A stretch of 64,000 nucleotides of DNA from the NCBI GenBank assembly GCA_964016885.1, contig OZ024749.1:54994001-55058000 (forward strand), in the 5' to 3' direction. Origin of the DNA: Eledone cirrhosa (Eukaryota). How positions within the stretch are numbered: position 1 is the first letter of the stretch; each line of letters begins with the position of its first letter. A model generated the notes under the pieces. That model had not been told where the DNA came from. It worked only from the letters and a program-made list of their open reading frames with translations, and searched no databases. Position numbers and translations under genes: made by a program. Of the stretch, positions 33,123-50,145 are shown one piece after another.

Positions 33123-33400
33123 TCTTTCTCTCTCTCCATATATATATATATATACATATATATACATACACACACATATATAAATATCTTTCTCTCCCCA
33201 TATATATATATAGAGAGAGAGAGATAAATACCTTTCTCTCTCTCCATATATATATATATATATACATACACACATATATAAATATCTTTCTCTCTCCCCA
33301 TATATATATATAGAGAGAGAGAGAGATAAATACCTTTCTCTCTCTCCCCATATATATATATATATATATATCTTTCTCTCTCCCCCCATAGAGAGAGAGA
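33062..33400. repeat. Minisatellite (TCTTTCTCTCTCCCCA(TA)n..AAATA)n
   Basis: About six variable tandem units. Confidence 0.85.
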
Positions 33401-33658
33401 TCTCCCACCCCTCCCTGTATCTATACCCCCTCCTTTCTCCATGATTTAGTTACCTCATCGCAATTTAAAAATTCTCGTATCAGTTCCTTCTCTCATGAGG
33501 CTATTATATTCTAATCTCAATTTTGTCTCAATATAAATCGCACACACACACATATATATACACTCACACACACATATATGTACAAACCCATACAATCATT
33601 AGCATAACCGTATCAACCGACTTTCACAGACGCGTGCCAACCCGTCTCTCTCTCTGAG

Positions 33659-33771
<113 letters not shown>

Positions 33772-34204
33772 TTATATATATATATATTATATATATATAT
33801 ATATATATATCACTCACTCATACAATACACACACAAATATCAACCCCTCAAACCTTGCCAAGACACTTCCCCTCCCCTACACACATGTCTGTCATTTTGT
33901 TTTATATTCCTGGCTAAAAATCAATGAAGTCGTTATTTATTATATATATATATTTTTTCATTTCAATTTGACAAACTATCCAAACAATATTTAGGAAATT
34001 GAAACTTCAAAATTTGAAGAGTTTAAAAATGAATTTTTAATACATCCACTGAATTTAGAGCAATCATTGTACAGTTACTGAACGACAATCGGTCAGTTAT
34101 CCAGCTGCCTTGAAATATTTCTATGTTGTCTTTTTATAAAGAGCTTTGGATCAGAGTTGTTAAAGAGAATACTATTTTACCAAGGTAGCATGATTTAGGT
34201 TTAA

Positions 34205-34424
34205 CCCTTTAGCATTTAAACCAGTCATATCCGGCCAGAATTCTCTCACTTCTTTCGTTCAAACTGGCTGTAACCAGCTGCTTATACAGATGTTAAGGTA
34301 TTGTTCTCAATACTAATAACATCAAAATCGCATAGATTTGAAATTATGTGAGATAATTATGTCAGATAAAACCTTTACCACAAAAATACAATAGTATATA
34401 TAGAGTAATGTAAATGCTAAAGGG
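34205..34424. mobile_element. piggyBac-type MITE
   Basis: Perfect 14-bp TIRs CCCTTTAGCATTTA / TAAATGCTAAAGGG, flanked on both sides by TTAA (34201-34204 and 34425-34428). No ORF. Confidence 0.85.
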
Positions 34425-36829
34425 TTAAACAAAATAAACTAGAGTCTAGGAACTCACAATATGTCGGTACCACGAAATAAGATATCAACTGTGTTTTTAG
34501 GTTTTTTAGACATTCTAGTTTAATTCTTCTTAAAAAAAAACAACAACCCCAGAAATCTTCCAAGCTTTACTGCTTCCCTTACTTTTCATTTTTCTTTAAC
34601 TTTTTTTTAATGCTTATTTTGCCTCTTGTTGGTCTTCCCTACTTCAATTCTATTTTGTTTTAGTTTACTATTTTTATTATCACTTATCTCTCTTGTTAAC
34701 CAACTGTAAGTAGTATATGTCATGTCTTACTAGCTCTATATGCCCTCATTTTAAAATAAAAGGCTGTGATTGAAGAGCAATTTGGTCGCTATTTCTAGCA
34801 CATCGAACATTTCCACGTTGATGATAATAGCTATTGTGGTGGCAGAGCAGGTGTTTACGAGTTTTAGCGAATTAACAAGGAAACCTCAACGGTCGCGCTT
34901 AAATTACTGGAGGTAGATGGCAATCTCCCTCATGTCACATCCTACCATGTTTTATAAGAGTGCGGACACACCCGATAACGTAGTTCTAGATAAGGCACGT
35001 CTGCACAAACGACAGGATGTTCATGGCTGAAAAAACATGTATTATATGTCTTTAATCATAGCTGATCTGTTGTTCAACAACATCAACAACAATATAACAC
35101 CAACAACATTACCAGTGACAAGAACAACTACTATTGCTAGAAAAACTACATCACCAACAACATCAACAAAATCATTAATAATAGAAAGAGACACATTAAC
35201 AACAGCAATAATACAGCAACGAAAACGATGTGTTTCGATTTAGTTGTTATCTAGATTGATCAGAAACAGCACTCAGTATTTTACAGACAGAATGTCGCTT
35301 ATTTTTCGTCGTTACCATTACACTGAGAATGAGAGATAAAATTATCTATTGAAAATAGATGACACTTTATGATGCATGACAGATTGTCGAGTCAATATGT
35401 ATGCCGTCATTAGGACTTCCTCTTGGTCATGGTATTTACAATGACCGTCATAAGACACCAACAATAATAACAACAACTTAATCGATGAGTCCTTTAAAGA
35501 AGTCTCCACACCTTGTTGTCTCACCTGTTTTAGGAACAGACATGGCATTTGCAATGACAGTCTTAACATACCACCCAGTTTAGAACAATAATAGCAACAA
35601 CAACCTAGACGATAGGTCCTTTAGCGATGACCCCACACCTAGTTGCAGCATCTGAAATCATTAGAAAGGAACATATATGGGAGTCAAATTTTATTTTGTG
35701 GCAAATAGTTTAAGCTGCTTATCTGTCACATTAATCTCATTAGACTGCAAAGGACCGACAATCTAACGAGCATTCCCCATCCTCTACAAATTATTATTAA
35801 AAATATATTTATCACAAAACCCATTAGGAAATGATGCAAATAGGTGACAAGGTGAAGAGTGAGTGGTAGCAGCTTAGCCAGGTAAACGTATGAATTTATA
35901 GTACCGTGTCCAAGAACTAAGGTTATTCATTTTGTTATCCCTTTTAGAGCAAAGGTGGGACTCGAAACCCCGACAAAATATTAAATCGACAATCCAATGA
36001 TACAAAAACTTTAAAAAAATGTGCTTATTTTGTTCGCAATGATACTTAAGTAATATTACTGATGTGAAGTATAGTTTAACAACGTTCCATTTATATTCTA
36101 AATACTAGTCTTTAGAGAGTAGCTAAGAATAACTAGCAAAGCTGGTTCTTCTACAATAACCAATTCACATTACTGATGTCGTTGATGCCAACCAGAAATC
36201 CGCTCACACCTCAAATCTTAATACAGTTACTAGACACTCTTATAAATATGTTATTGTGCGTGAACAAGCAATCACTACCATGGGATTTTAGAATGTAGTT
36301 ATTATAATTACGTCTCAAAAGACACTACGTTGTGGGTCTTTCGTCAGTTTCGACGATAATTTTACTACTTGTTCGATCAAATGAATAGTGTGCTCATAAG
36401 TTGAAGTAGTTTAGCATTCTGCAGATAAGTGTACCTTTAATATAAGTGTACCTTTAACATTAAGCGTCAAAGCATGGTGTCCGACCTTCTACCGATACTG
36501 CCAATCGTACCTTTAATATAACTCTCAGAGATATTCAAATTGACACTGAGGGTGAGAGGTCTAGCCCTTTAAAATACATGGTTCTTCCAGGTGAATCTGA
36601 GGGCGACAAGACTGGCCCTGTAAATTGCAGGTACAGTCCATGTGACAGGATGAACTGTGGCAAGGTTGATACTGCACTAAATGACAGGCAGTGAGATCGA
36701 ATGACATGACGTAATGATTAAACACTTTTCAACGTTACACCAGGCTTTCTTCTTGAAATATACAGAGTATGTAACTTAAACAACATCTATATGGGGATTT
36801 ACATATATATTTCTGCACACACATATACA

Positions 36830-36905
<76 letters not shown>

Positions 36906-37024
36906 ATATATATATATATATATGTGTGTATGTATATATATATATATATAGTCTGTATATATATATATATATATATAGTCTGCATATATATATATATATA
37001 GTCTGTATATATATATATATATAG

Positions 37025-37095
<71 letters not shown>

Positions 37096-37380
37096 TGTGT
37101 GTGTGTATATATATATAGTGTGTATATGTATATATATAGTGTGTGTATATATATATAGTGTGTGTATATATATATAGTGTGTATATATATATATAGTGTG
37201 TATATATATATATATATATAGTGTGTGTATATATATATATATATAGTGTGTGTATATATATATATATATATAGTGTGTGTGTATATATATATATATATAG
37301 TGTGTGTGTATATATATATATATATAGTGTGTGTGTATATATATATATATATAGTGTGTGTATATATATATATATATATA

Positions 37381-37429
<49 letters not shown>

Positions 37430-37496
37430 GTGTGTGTGTATATATATATATATATAATGTGTGTGTGTATATATATATATATATACAATGTGTGTG

Positions 37497-37552
<56 letters not shown>

Positions 37553-37554
37553 AT

Positions 37555-37585
<31 letters not shown>

Positions 37586-37662
37586 CATACATACAATGTG
37601 TGTGTATATATATATATATATACAATGTGTGTGTGTATATGTATATATATATACATATGTAT
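36830..37662. repeat. Compound [(TA)n(GT)m] array
   Basis: Direct inspection. Confidence 0.95.
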
Positions 37663-38392
37663 ATTGAAAGAAATTATACATATTGACTTCCGGAACACAT
37701 GCCTGGGTTTCTATAAACCAACTAAACTTTGAGAAGATTAATTGGAAGAACCTACGTTTGCCGGGAGCACATACAACAATGTCACCTTTCATTGTTCCGT
37801 GGGTGGGTTAGGAATCTTTAGATAAAGTACCAGTCCACATCAGTCAATGTGTCTCCTTCTCACCCATGTCCCTATCTCTATCTGTCGATATAGCTATAGA
37901 TATGTCTATCTCTCTGTCTATATACCTATCTATATATCTAGCTCCGTTGAAGGAATCTTAGAAATGAAACGCAAGTAACTATGAGCAAGTAACAGCTTAT
38001 GGGAAAACGGATATAGTACTGAAAGTTTCCAATGACAGACTGCTGTGCTTTACTTCAAGGTACGGAAATTTCAGAGAAAAGATTGAGTGGGGTATTGCAT
38101 TAAAGATAGAGTGTAAGCCATGATCATAACCCCGGCATGCGTACATATATGGTAACATTGAAATATATATATATACAGCAACATATACATACACAGTTCA
38201 GTGTATATAAGGATTTTTTCTATGTAATAACTGTAATAAAAAATAACCCGTATGTAAATGTATGTACATATGTAAGTGTGTCTAGCTGGCTGACGTGTGT
38301 ATACGACCGTTTATTATATATTCCTAACAGAATTGAGCATATTTTATCAGATTATTAGACACATGAATGTATCACAGCTTGAGAAATATCCT

Positions 38393-40405
<2,013 letters not shown>

Positions 40406-40724
40406 TCATATAGTTCTTGGAGCATTTTTCCAAATTAAACTTCTCGGTTATTCCAGTATAGCGAGTAACGGATATAATTAGAGTCATTGTAAAGTTGCTA
40501 TCGAGTTACCCAAATTTCAATTTAGACTCTGAAATCACCAGAAATGAGATTAAAGTAATGATGAAATCAACTCAATTGTAGCCTATATTACATAAAGAAG
40601 CATTAGACATATTTTAGAATTGTTATTAAGTTATTAGCGCACGGCACCGCTCTATCCTCTCATAGGAACACCACTTCATTCTAAAGCGATGGAATATTGG
40701 ATGGCAACTCTGTGTGTACGTACG

Positions 40725-40755
<31 letters not shown>

Positions 40756-40795
40756 GCCTATATACGTGTATACATATGTGTATATATATATATAT

Positions 40796-41310
40796 ATGTA
40801 TGTGTGTGTCTGAATGTATGTGTATATATATAATGTATGTGTGTGTCTGAATGTATTTCTATATATATATGTATGTGTGTGTCTGAATGTATTTCTATAT
40901 ATATATGTATGTGTGTGTCTGAATGTATGTGTATATATATAATGTATGTGTGTGTCTGAATGTATTTCTATATATATATGTATGTGTGTGTCTGAATGTA
41001 TGTGTATATATATAATGTATGTGTGTGTCTGAATGTATTTCTATATATATATGTATGTGTGTGTCTGAATGTATGTGTATATATATAATGTATGTATGTG
41101 TCTGAATGTATTTCTATATATATAATGTATGTGTGTGTCTGAATGTATTTGTATATATATAATGTATGTATGTGTGTATCTGAATGTATATGTATATATA
41201 TAATGTATGTATGTGTGTTTGTGAATGTATGTGTATATATATAATGTATGTGTTTGAATGTATGTGTATATATATATAATGTATGTATGTGTGTCTGAAT
41301 GTATATATGT
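40796..41310. repeat. About 35-bp minisatellite (ATGTATGTGTGTGTCTGAATGTAT..)n
   Basis: About 14 tandem units with two interspersed variants (TTCT versus GTGT). Confidence 0.9.
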
Positions 41311-41634
41311 GTGTGTGTATGGGGGTGGGTGGGGGGTGCGTGTTACTAGTCGAGACCAGAACAACTATTAATCAACTTGGTACTTTATACTTAAGTAAAA
41401 TGTAGTGTAGCTGCTATTACAGAGACAGTCTGGCCTACAGATAAGATTGTAGGCGCTTCCAAAGCAAATAAGAAAAAAAAAAAGATTGCTAATAATGTGT
41501 TATCGAAACGGTAATAGCTTAACCGTAGGGAGGAGAATCCTTAAAATAATAATAATGAACATATGTTTAAAATGCGGCAAAGTTTGAAAATTGAATTAGA
41601 GGACTTCGCTGTACTTTTGAGTAAATAAAAGTCT

Positions 41635-41757
41635 AATAATAATTGTATCTACTTCTGGCACAAGGCCAGCAATTACCCCAGTGTATTACTGGTACTTTAT
41701 TTTATCGACCCCGTAAGGTTGAAAGGCAAAGTTAACCTCGGCGGGGTGTTTAAACCG
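41635..41757 (-). mobile_element. SINE family A, short variant
   Basis: Reverse complement of the family A body and tail. Confidence 0.85.
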
Positions 41758-43509
41758 ACAATGGAAACAGATAGGTATCTGTATTCTAATGCCTATATTT
41801 TTTCTGTACAGTGTGTTTATATATACATATATATGTCTGTAAAGGCTTGCTAAACATACAAGCCCAAACTGCTTAACAACTCTCTCTCTGTATGTGTATA
41901 TATGCATCTGTGTAATCATGTATGTGTATGAGTGTATATTTGTGTATCTTTGTTGGCGTGTGTGTATGTATGTATGTATGTATGTATATATATGCATGCG
42001 TGAGTGAGCGTCAGTGTCTTTGTGTGTTACTTTCTACATATGTGTATGTATATATGTTAATAGAATGTATTTATTAATGTATGTGAAAATATATAGTACA
42101 TATACATGTATGCAGTTTCTCTGAATTTGACCAGCTTCTTCGTATATGTGTGAAAGTATGTGTATTTATTCACTTATGTTGAGAAAATATGTAGTACGTA
42201 CTTATACAGTTTCTATGAAGTCAGCCTCTACGTTTGTGTATACATTTATTCTTATATGGTGTAAAAATATATATGTATGTGTATACAGTTTCTGTGAAGC
42301 CAGCTTTTACGTATGTGTAGTATGTAAATGAAAGAGTATATGTATGCATTTATTCCTGTATGTTGTGAAGCTATATAGAACGAGTGTATATATGTAGTTT
42401 CGGTGAAGGTAGCCAGTGTGTACGTAGGTCTTTGCTTCTGACATAGTTTCACAAAGAACTTAACATTTCTTGATTAAAAGCATTAGTAAAGCTCGCATGG
42501 CTGTCGTCTGTTCTAGAACGATTATTCGCAGATAGAGATTATTATTATTTAATGTTACCTTCGTCTGGTTTTATGTAAAACCTACTTAATTATTGACCTA
42601 AAATATACAATTTCGACGCCAACAAACTTTTGCTTCCCTCGTAACACCCCCCCCCTCTCTCTCTAAACACACACACTCTCGCCCTCTGTCTCTTTGTCTC
42701 TCTCTAAACACTACACACTCTCTAGCTCTTTTTCCTCTTCTAACTATCTGCCTCTCGCTCTCTTCTCGTTCTTTTTCCTTCTTTATCTTCCTCTTGACTT
42801 TTCTCTTCTTGCTCTCCTCCCCCTACCCTTTCTCCCACCCCGTCTCGTCTCTCTCTCTCTCCTCATTCATCTCATTCTCTCTAACCTCCCCTTTCTCTCC
42901 CTCTCTCCTTATTCATCTCATTCTCTCTAACCTCCTCCTCTCCTCTGTCTATTCTTGATATCACATCATCCTCTCCAGCTTCCCCAACCTCTCCCTCCTC
43001 TACTTCTACATATATATATGCCATTGCTATGGGTGTTTAACAACACCTTCTTCATGATTCTGTTTCATAATGTGAAAATTATGCTTCAGTAATCTGCCCT
43101 CTCTTTGAATAATTGAACAACTTCTACACCGAGACATACTGTTAGTTATGAGTAAAAACAGGAAAGCTTTAACGTAAATATTAATCAAAGATCTGTCTAT
43201 TGAATTATCTGAAACAAAGGCTATATAACAGCGTTAACGTCGTTTTTAGGCTGAAATATTTCCCACCATGTTAGCAGCCATTAATTTTTAGTTTCTAGTC
43301 ATTCTACATTGAAAGTTAACACATCTAGGTGTAAATTCTCCAATCAGTTCCTTCTTTTCTAAGGAAGGTAGGATATTATTTAAGTCTTAATCGGCTGCTG
43401 CTTGTAACATCGCTCAACATGGAAAAGTGACCCCTGTTAGTTCAGATATTTGTCTGTTCTTATTTATATTTAGCCCAAGGTCTAGACAGATCGATCACAG
43501 CTATAATTA

Positions 43510-43880
43510 AAGATATATCCACTTGAGATAATAGAGACTGCCATGGTGTTACAAGTCCTACTTTATCCAATGTAATATTGCCAACTATTGACCTAGTTGT
43601 TTAGTTTCCAATCACTCCAAATATCAAAGACTTTCCAAGTGCAATGTCCCCACCTTTCTATAAATAATTTATCTAGAAAAGTATACATCCACCAGAAGAC
43701 TCCATTTTAAAGGATCGTAGAGTGGGAATAGATAGGGATCCAGAAACTATTTTTGGATGTCAATAAAGCAGATAAAAGGTTCTTTGGTTGGTAAAACGTT
43801 CGTAGCTTTATATTCTTTCCATAAGTCTGTTTCGGCAAACATCTTGGAGGTAGAGGCTTCAAGCAGAATATTATGTTGAT
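43510..43880 (-). pseudogene. Decayed LINE reverse-transcriptase fragment (RTE-like)
   Basis: ASTSKMFA..LWKEY..EPFICFIDIQK*F resembles FIDxxKAFD, and a downstream VG..HHGS resembles GVHQGS. Confidence 0.35.
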
Positions 43881-44029
43881 GGTAGGCATTCATCTGTTCT
43901 ACATTATAGGGAAACATGTTTACGATAGAATCTCTATATAATAAGATAGAATAGATGATATATTCCTTGTTCCGTGTATACGTGAAAATTGATAAATAAA
44001 TGGCTGTGCGCGCGCACACACACACACAC

Positions 44030-44064
<35 letters not shown>

Positions 44065-44604
44065 CAATATTTTATAAATAATGAATATGGAATACAAATC
44101 AGAGAGATATTTCCTGTCTATATTTAATAACATGCACATGTATTTGTTTGTGTGTGTATGAATGTGAGTACCTGCGTGTGTGCGTGTGCGTGTATATATA
44201 TATATATATATATATATACGTCTGTGTCTGTATGCACATGTGTGCCTTTGAGTACATAACGCAAACACGATTTGTGGACTTTTAGCATCGGATAAATTAC
44301 ATGTATAATTATTTATATAGATTTTATTTGGTAGCCATATTTCTATATATGTGTATATATGAATATGCAAGTATATATTGTGTATATATGTATAACTATG
44401 TAATCCTTATGCAATGATTATATCTACGTATTTGTGAGATTGTCTTGTGTTTGTTGTGGTGTGTATATAAGTAGGTCTTAATAGCTTGCTGTATCTATCG
44501 CTATATCTATGTATATAACCGATACCGTTATACAGACACACTTACACATATGGCCGTTTGTATGAATGAATTATTGTATGTATGTATCTATATAAACATA
44601 TTTA

Positions 44605-44642
<38 letters not shown>

Positions 44643-44679
44643 TAGCATGGATGTGAGAGTTACGTATTAATATAGTGTA

Positions 44680-44955
44680 GATGTGTTTGTATGTAGGCCC
44701 AGTAGTATGTATGTAGACAGTAATATGTGTGTGTTTATATCCAGCAGTATATGTATGTATGTAAGCCCAATAGGTATGTATGTATACAGTAATATGTGTG
44801 TGTATGCATGGAGGCCCAGTAGTATGTATGTAGACAGATGAATATGTGTGTATATATGCAGGCTCAGTTGTATGTGTATCCAGTAGTATGTGTATATATA
44901 TATATCTTGCAGTATATGTATGTTGGTAGGCCCAGTAATATGTATATACACCCAG
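44680..44955. repeat. Degenerate minisatellite with a GGCCCAGTAGTATGTATG core
   Basis: Repeated CCAGTA/CAGTAATATG units. Confidence 0.7.
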
Positions 44956-45142
44956 TTCTTACAAACCATCACATGGCACTGACGTTTCAAGATGAATTAT
45001 TCATTGTTTTAGAGTCGAAAAGATGGCAATCTCAGATGGCAATCGTTTACTATTCACTTCTATCAACTATTGATTCCTCTGCCGTCACCAATGGGCGCCG
45101 CCATTGCTCTGCTGCTTGTTATGGTCGTGCTGCTCTTGCTGC

Positions 45143-45350
45143 TGTAACTACTACTACTACAACTACTTCTACCACCTTCATAACAACCACCTCTACTACC
45201 ACTACTATCACCACCATCACAACCACCAACACTACTACTACTACTACGACTTCTACCACCTTCATCACAACCACTACTACTACTACCACCTTCATCACAA
45301 CCACTACTACTACTACTACTACCACTACCACCACTACTACTAGTATCACT
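45143..45350. repeat. (ACT/ACC)n cryptic trinucleotide repeat
   Basis: Direct inspection. Confidence 0.9.
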
Positions 45351-45558
45351 AGGCCATATTCCTTTAACTGATAACGTTTGACTATGTCTGGTCTTAGGAG
45401 ACATACAGACACCTGTGTCTATTCAGTTCAGCACGGAGTCTATATTCTTCACCAACAATAAAACCTACCACATAAGTTCACTACCTGCATCAGACTAATT
45501 CTTACTAACCAACCACAAACAAATAAACGAATACAGATAGGAAACATAAACGCACACA

Positions 45559-45598
<40 letters not shown>

Positions 45599-45623
45599 AC
45601 ATACAGAGAGATAGAGAGAGAGA

Positions 45624-45752
<129 letters not shown>

Positions 45753-45823
45753 TACACTACACATACAAAAATGAAACAAGAATTGGTTAAATAAAAAAAA
45801 ACACACGTGTATATATATAAACA

Positions 45824-45856
<33 letters not shown>

Positions 45857-45984
45857 AGAAATTTTATATATATATACATATATAAACAGAAAATCAAACA
45901 AGAATTATTTGAATAAAGAAATGATAACACAAGAAATGTTTAAATAAAATCCCAATACATATATATAATAGAAAATATTTAGGC

Positions 45985-46150
45985 TAGGTTGTAATCGTCT
46001 GCAATTTCCATAAACTGGGGCAGAGAATTTTCAAGAAAAGGAATTACCATAAACTGGATGAACCAACGTCTACGGTTATAGATGGAATGACAGATGCAAT
46101 TGAAGAAGTATGGACGAAATACAGCCCATGAAATGTTGCCGTCTCTTGGA
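45985..46150 (+). pseudogene. Possible Tc1/mariner transposase C-terminal remnant
   Basis: CNRLQF..WG..YHKLDEP..DGMTDAIEEVWTKYSP resembles CNPLDxxxW..VY..LKDAIEEVW. Frameshifted. Confidence 0.35.
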
Positions 46151-46651
46151 GATGACAAGTTAAAATGCAATCATCAACAGACACACGCACGCAACATTGT
46201 CAGAGACCCCTATTTTATTTTATTTTTCTTCTACTTTTCTCATTTTTTCTTATTACGTAGTATTTCTGTCTTTATTTATTTGGAGTTATTTAGTTTGTCT
46301 GTCTGTCTTATGTTTTTTTCTTTCGTTTTTATTTTATTTTCTATTTGCGGTAGTCAAAATTGAATTTCTGTTTATACTTGCTTTTTAAATTTGCTTTTAT
46401 TTTTTTATTTATTTTCCTTCACAGTCATCGATTTTTTCTTCTCTTTCTCATTCCTTTATTATTATTATTATTGGTCGCTGACCTCTTCAGACGACTATTC
46501 AAATCGGTCTTCAAAGCAACTCTGTGGAATAAATTTGTTTGAATTTATTATCATACAGGGAATATTCGAACAATTTGGATGTCTACGTATACACGTTTGA
46601 GATGCAAATACGTATTTTTTCTAGAGAAACTTTATTTTCTGTTCTTATTGA

Positions 46652-46685
<34 letters not shown>

Positions 46686-47284
46686 AAGTTACTATGAACA
46701 ACAGAAGCAACGTTCCCTCAAGTAATATGCAAACGAACAGAACCACAACAGGACCATACACAAATCGAACAGAAAGAGAAAGAAAAAAGAATATATTTGC
46801 GAAAGTGTACAAATATTTTGAAAAAAAACAAAATGTAATCGTGGCATTTCTGTAAGAAATAAAATTAACTGCAACATTTCTGGTAGCAAATTTTGCAACA
46901 ACACTAATATTACCAACAACAACAACAACAACTAGAGACGCGGATTTTAACGAGCAAGAATGTTTGTGACATCGAAATCAGTTACACTGCCATTGCCTCC
47001 TTACGAAGGACATTTTCTGGACATTTATAGAATCTAATGTGAAGATGTCGTCTGACAGAGACGTTGTCACAAATTACTGTATCTCTCTTTTAGGAAGAAT
47101 TTCTATAGAACCAAGGAAATTACCATATCTCTGGCTGAGGAGAAGCGGGGAAGGATTTTCAGAATGCTTCCAAAAGAGGGACTTAATGGTGAGCTGCCCG
47201 ATGTGTGAGATCAGTGCGGGATTTACAATTGTGCTTAGGTGTGTGTGCTTAGGTGTGTGTGTGTGTCGATCGACTTTCACGAAA

Positions 47285-47385
47285 TCAGACCAGGTAGAAT
47301 GAGCAACGTGAAATAAAGTGTCTTGCTCAAGGACATAACGCATCGCCCGGTTCAGGAATCGAACTCACAACCTCACGATTGCAAA
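47285..47385 (-). mobile_element. SINE family B, 5' part
   Basis: GAGCAACGTGAAATAAAGTGTCTTGCTCAAGGACATAACGC..GGAATCGAACTC on the plus strand. Confidence 0.8.
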
Positions 47386-48445
47386 TATGAAACAAAGCGG
47401 CATAATTGCTGCCGATTCACCAACTTATCGCATGCTACAAGAAAACGAAAAGGATGCTATATAGTGCACCATAGGCTTAATATATGATTGAGGTTGCTGA
47501 ATGTTAGTGATATAACTAAAGATTTTGAAATAACCCTTTGCTGATATGACATAGAAGATTTGATTTCATAAGAAGAAAACTTAAGTTGCGGAATAATATT
47601 CAGTGGTAACCCCTATATCAATATTTATACGGTGTTGTGGAACCTGGCTATTATAAGACAATCCCACCTTATCCTACGAAATTGCATTACTGGGGAGAGG
47701 GTGACTGAAAAGGTGAATGGATGCTTGTATACTATTGCATTTTATGTCAGTTAATATATGTACATTATATATATATATAGATTTAATAAATATCTATAAA
47801 TGCGTATACCCACATACATATCCATACATGTTTATATATATATATGAACATATATCAGTAAATACGCACACACACACACACACCAGTAAATACACACATA
47901 TACACACATACATACATAAACATATACGAGAAATGTGTGTTTCCGCATACGTATACACACACACACACACACACATACACATACACATATATATATATAT
48001 ACATATATATACACGTACATATAAATATAATTGTATCTTTGTGTTCAGATGTGCGTGTGCAGACTAATATTCAGTTCTCGAGTCTGCTTCTTCCGCTGAA
48101 ACATTGAAATTTGCTGAGATAGAGCAGATTCCGAGTAAATAATTCCCAGTGGAGCGACTGAACATTGACTTAATCAGCTCTATAACTCACCCTCTTCCAA
48201 AGGTAAGTCATCCTATTAAGATACGCTATAACCCAGCACAAATGGTAATATGATTAACTAGCGAAATCCAGCGTCTTACCTTGTTGCTAATAGCAAACCC
48301 GTAGCAGCCCTATACTGCTCACGTGTCTTTTAATGTGTCTGGAACAAGTTTCCCCACAACTCTCACTCAAAATATATTTCTTTTTCTCTCTCTCTATCTG
48401 TCTGTGCTTTTCTATTTCTTCTTTATCCCATGTTTTTCTCTCTAT

Positions 48446-48494
<49 letters not shown>

Positions 48495-49336
48495 CTCATG
48501 TATCTATTGATTTCACACATGCAATTCAATTTTTGTTTCCCTTAACTAACTTCGTCACAAAACACGCAACGTATAAATATATGAACATGAATTTAAACAC
48601 ACAGACATCTACATTCAAAGACCTCAAACATATGTGTGTGTGCGTGACTTTCATGCGTTGAATACATATATGTCTACAACATATATTAAAGACATCGGTA
48701 TTACGGTTTTGTTTTGACATATATTTCAGTACTCTGGGGGTCATTCTACCTTTAAAAAGATATTAGCTATTCCAAAATACAATTTATTCATGTCGTTCGA
48801 TTTGTACCCATATTCCTTTGAAAGCTGCTGCAATCAAAATCTGCGTTCTGTGATATTAATGCTGCCTCTCAATGTCTAAAATATTTACGTGAGTGAGAAT
48901 ATTGCCCAACCTGAATTTTAGCCCCAGGTTGTGGAATGCAGCTATAAGTTTGTTTGTTTTTTTCCTCTAAAGATATCTAAGTAGTGGCCTAACTTATCGC
49001 CTGTTAAGGACAGTCAGTTGTCCAGCAGCCTCATTTAGACGTCACCGTCCAGAATATTTCTCCAAAGATCTCCCATAGATTCTCAGTAATACACCTAAAC
49101 TATGCGAAGCATAATTCTCCAGTTCTTTAACTCTGTACATAATACCCCGTAATGTTTTACTCTATTTAACAGATTTGGGGTTTTTCAAGAGGCACAAGTA
49201 CCTGGAAATAGCTGCACGAATTGCCGAAAATATCTCAATCGATTCAACTAATATTGGTTCGGATGGTAAATCTACACAAATAGTCGGAATTTAAAACTGT
49301 TAAAGGAAAAAATATCTTTATGTAAGGAGAGAATTT

Positions 49337-49628
49337 TCGTCCGAAAGAATATGATCGCGAATACAAGCGGCCGAAATGGGATTCCTCCGAAAGGTCTTTG
49401 GAGTAACGTTACTGGATAGAGTGTGTAGCTCGGAGATCAGAGAGTAACTCCAGGTAGAGCTGCTACTTCTCTGAATTGGGAGACAACAGCTCCAATACTA
49501 AGTGCAAGATGGTTGGATAATATCCATGAGCTTGGCTGGTCTCGCTTGGGGATCCAGCCGGATCAATTGGAGAGACAGTTGTTTCCGATAGGTCCTGATG
49601 GAAGGATTGTTTGAAGACTGCCTCCCTT
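49337..49628 (+). mobile_element. RTE-clade LINE (Expander/Rex3-like) C-terminal remnant with internal deletion
   Basis: Translates as SRIQAAEMGFLRKVFGVTLLDRVCSSEIRE*LQVELLLL*IGRQQLQY, then RWLDNIHELGWSRLGIQPDQLE..VSDR..W. These are typical RTE C-terminal motifs, with stops. Confidence 0.8.
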
Positions 49629-50145
49629 TAAAGTATAAGTTTGCAAAGAAGAAGTTATTTGAACCAGCCATGTTTCAATCCATTTATTGATTATTTTATT
49701 GTTTCAGCCGAATACGGCAATATTAATTATACTGTCTACATAAAGAAAACCTTTAGGGTGACTTAATTATTCGCTTGGGGTTTTAATAAATATTAATATA
49801 CCACACGTGGAGAGAATACTAACGAAAAAGAGATATTTCAAATATTCTAATTAATAAATATAAAGATTCGTTTTTGGAACTTCGAGTAAACTTAATCAAA
49901 AGCGTTTCGTTTTCTTTGAATGGCGTTTTTATAATCAATACATTCACTTATTTCAGATGCTGTTATGGAAGGATCCTTTTAATAACATTGCTGTTATATC
50001 ATGTGAAAATATGGCGTCACCAGAGTTTATACTCCATTTTGGAATTTAAATAAAATAGAATAAAATATATTGATTAGAAAATAAAGTAAAGTTAAATAAG
50101 TGAAGAAGGTGTAAAACCTAGCATTATTATAATAAATATTGCCTA

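Noticed and set aside
40796-41310. CRISPR-like regular repeat
   Set aside because: No unique spacers, no cas genes and a eukaryotic context; it is a minisatellite.
44838-45371. Mucin-like Thr-rich ORF
   Set aside because: An (ACT)n microsatellite with no supporting domain.
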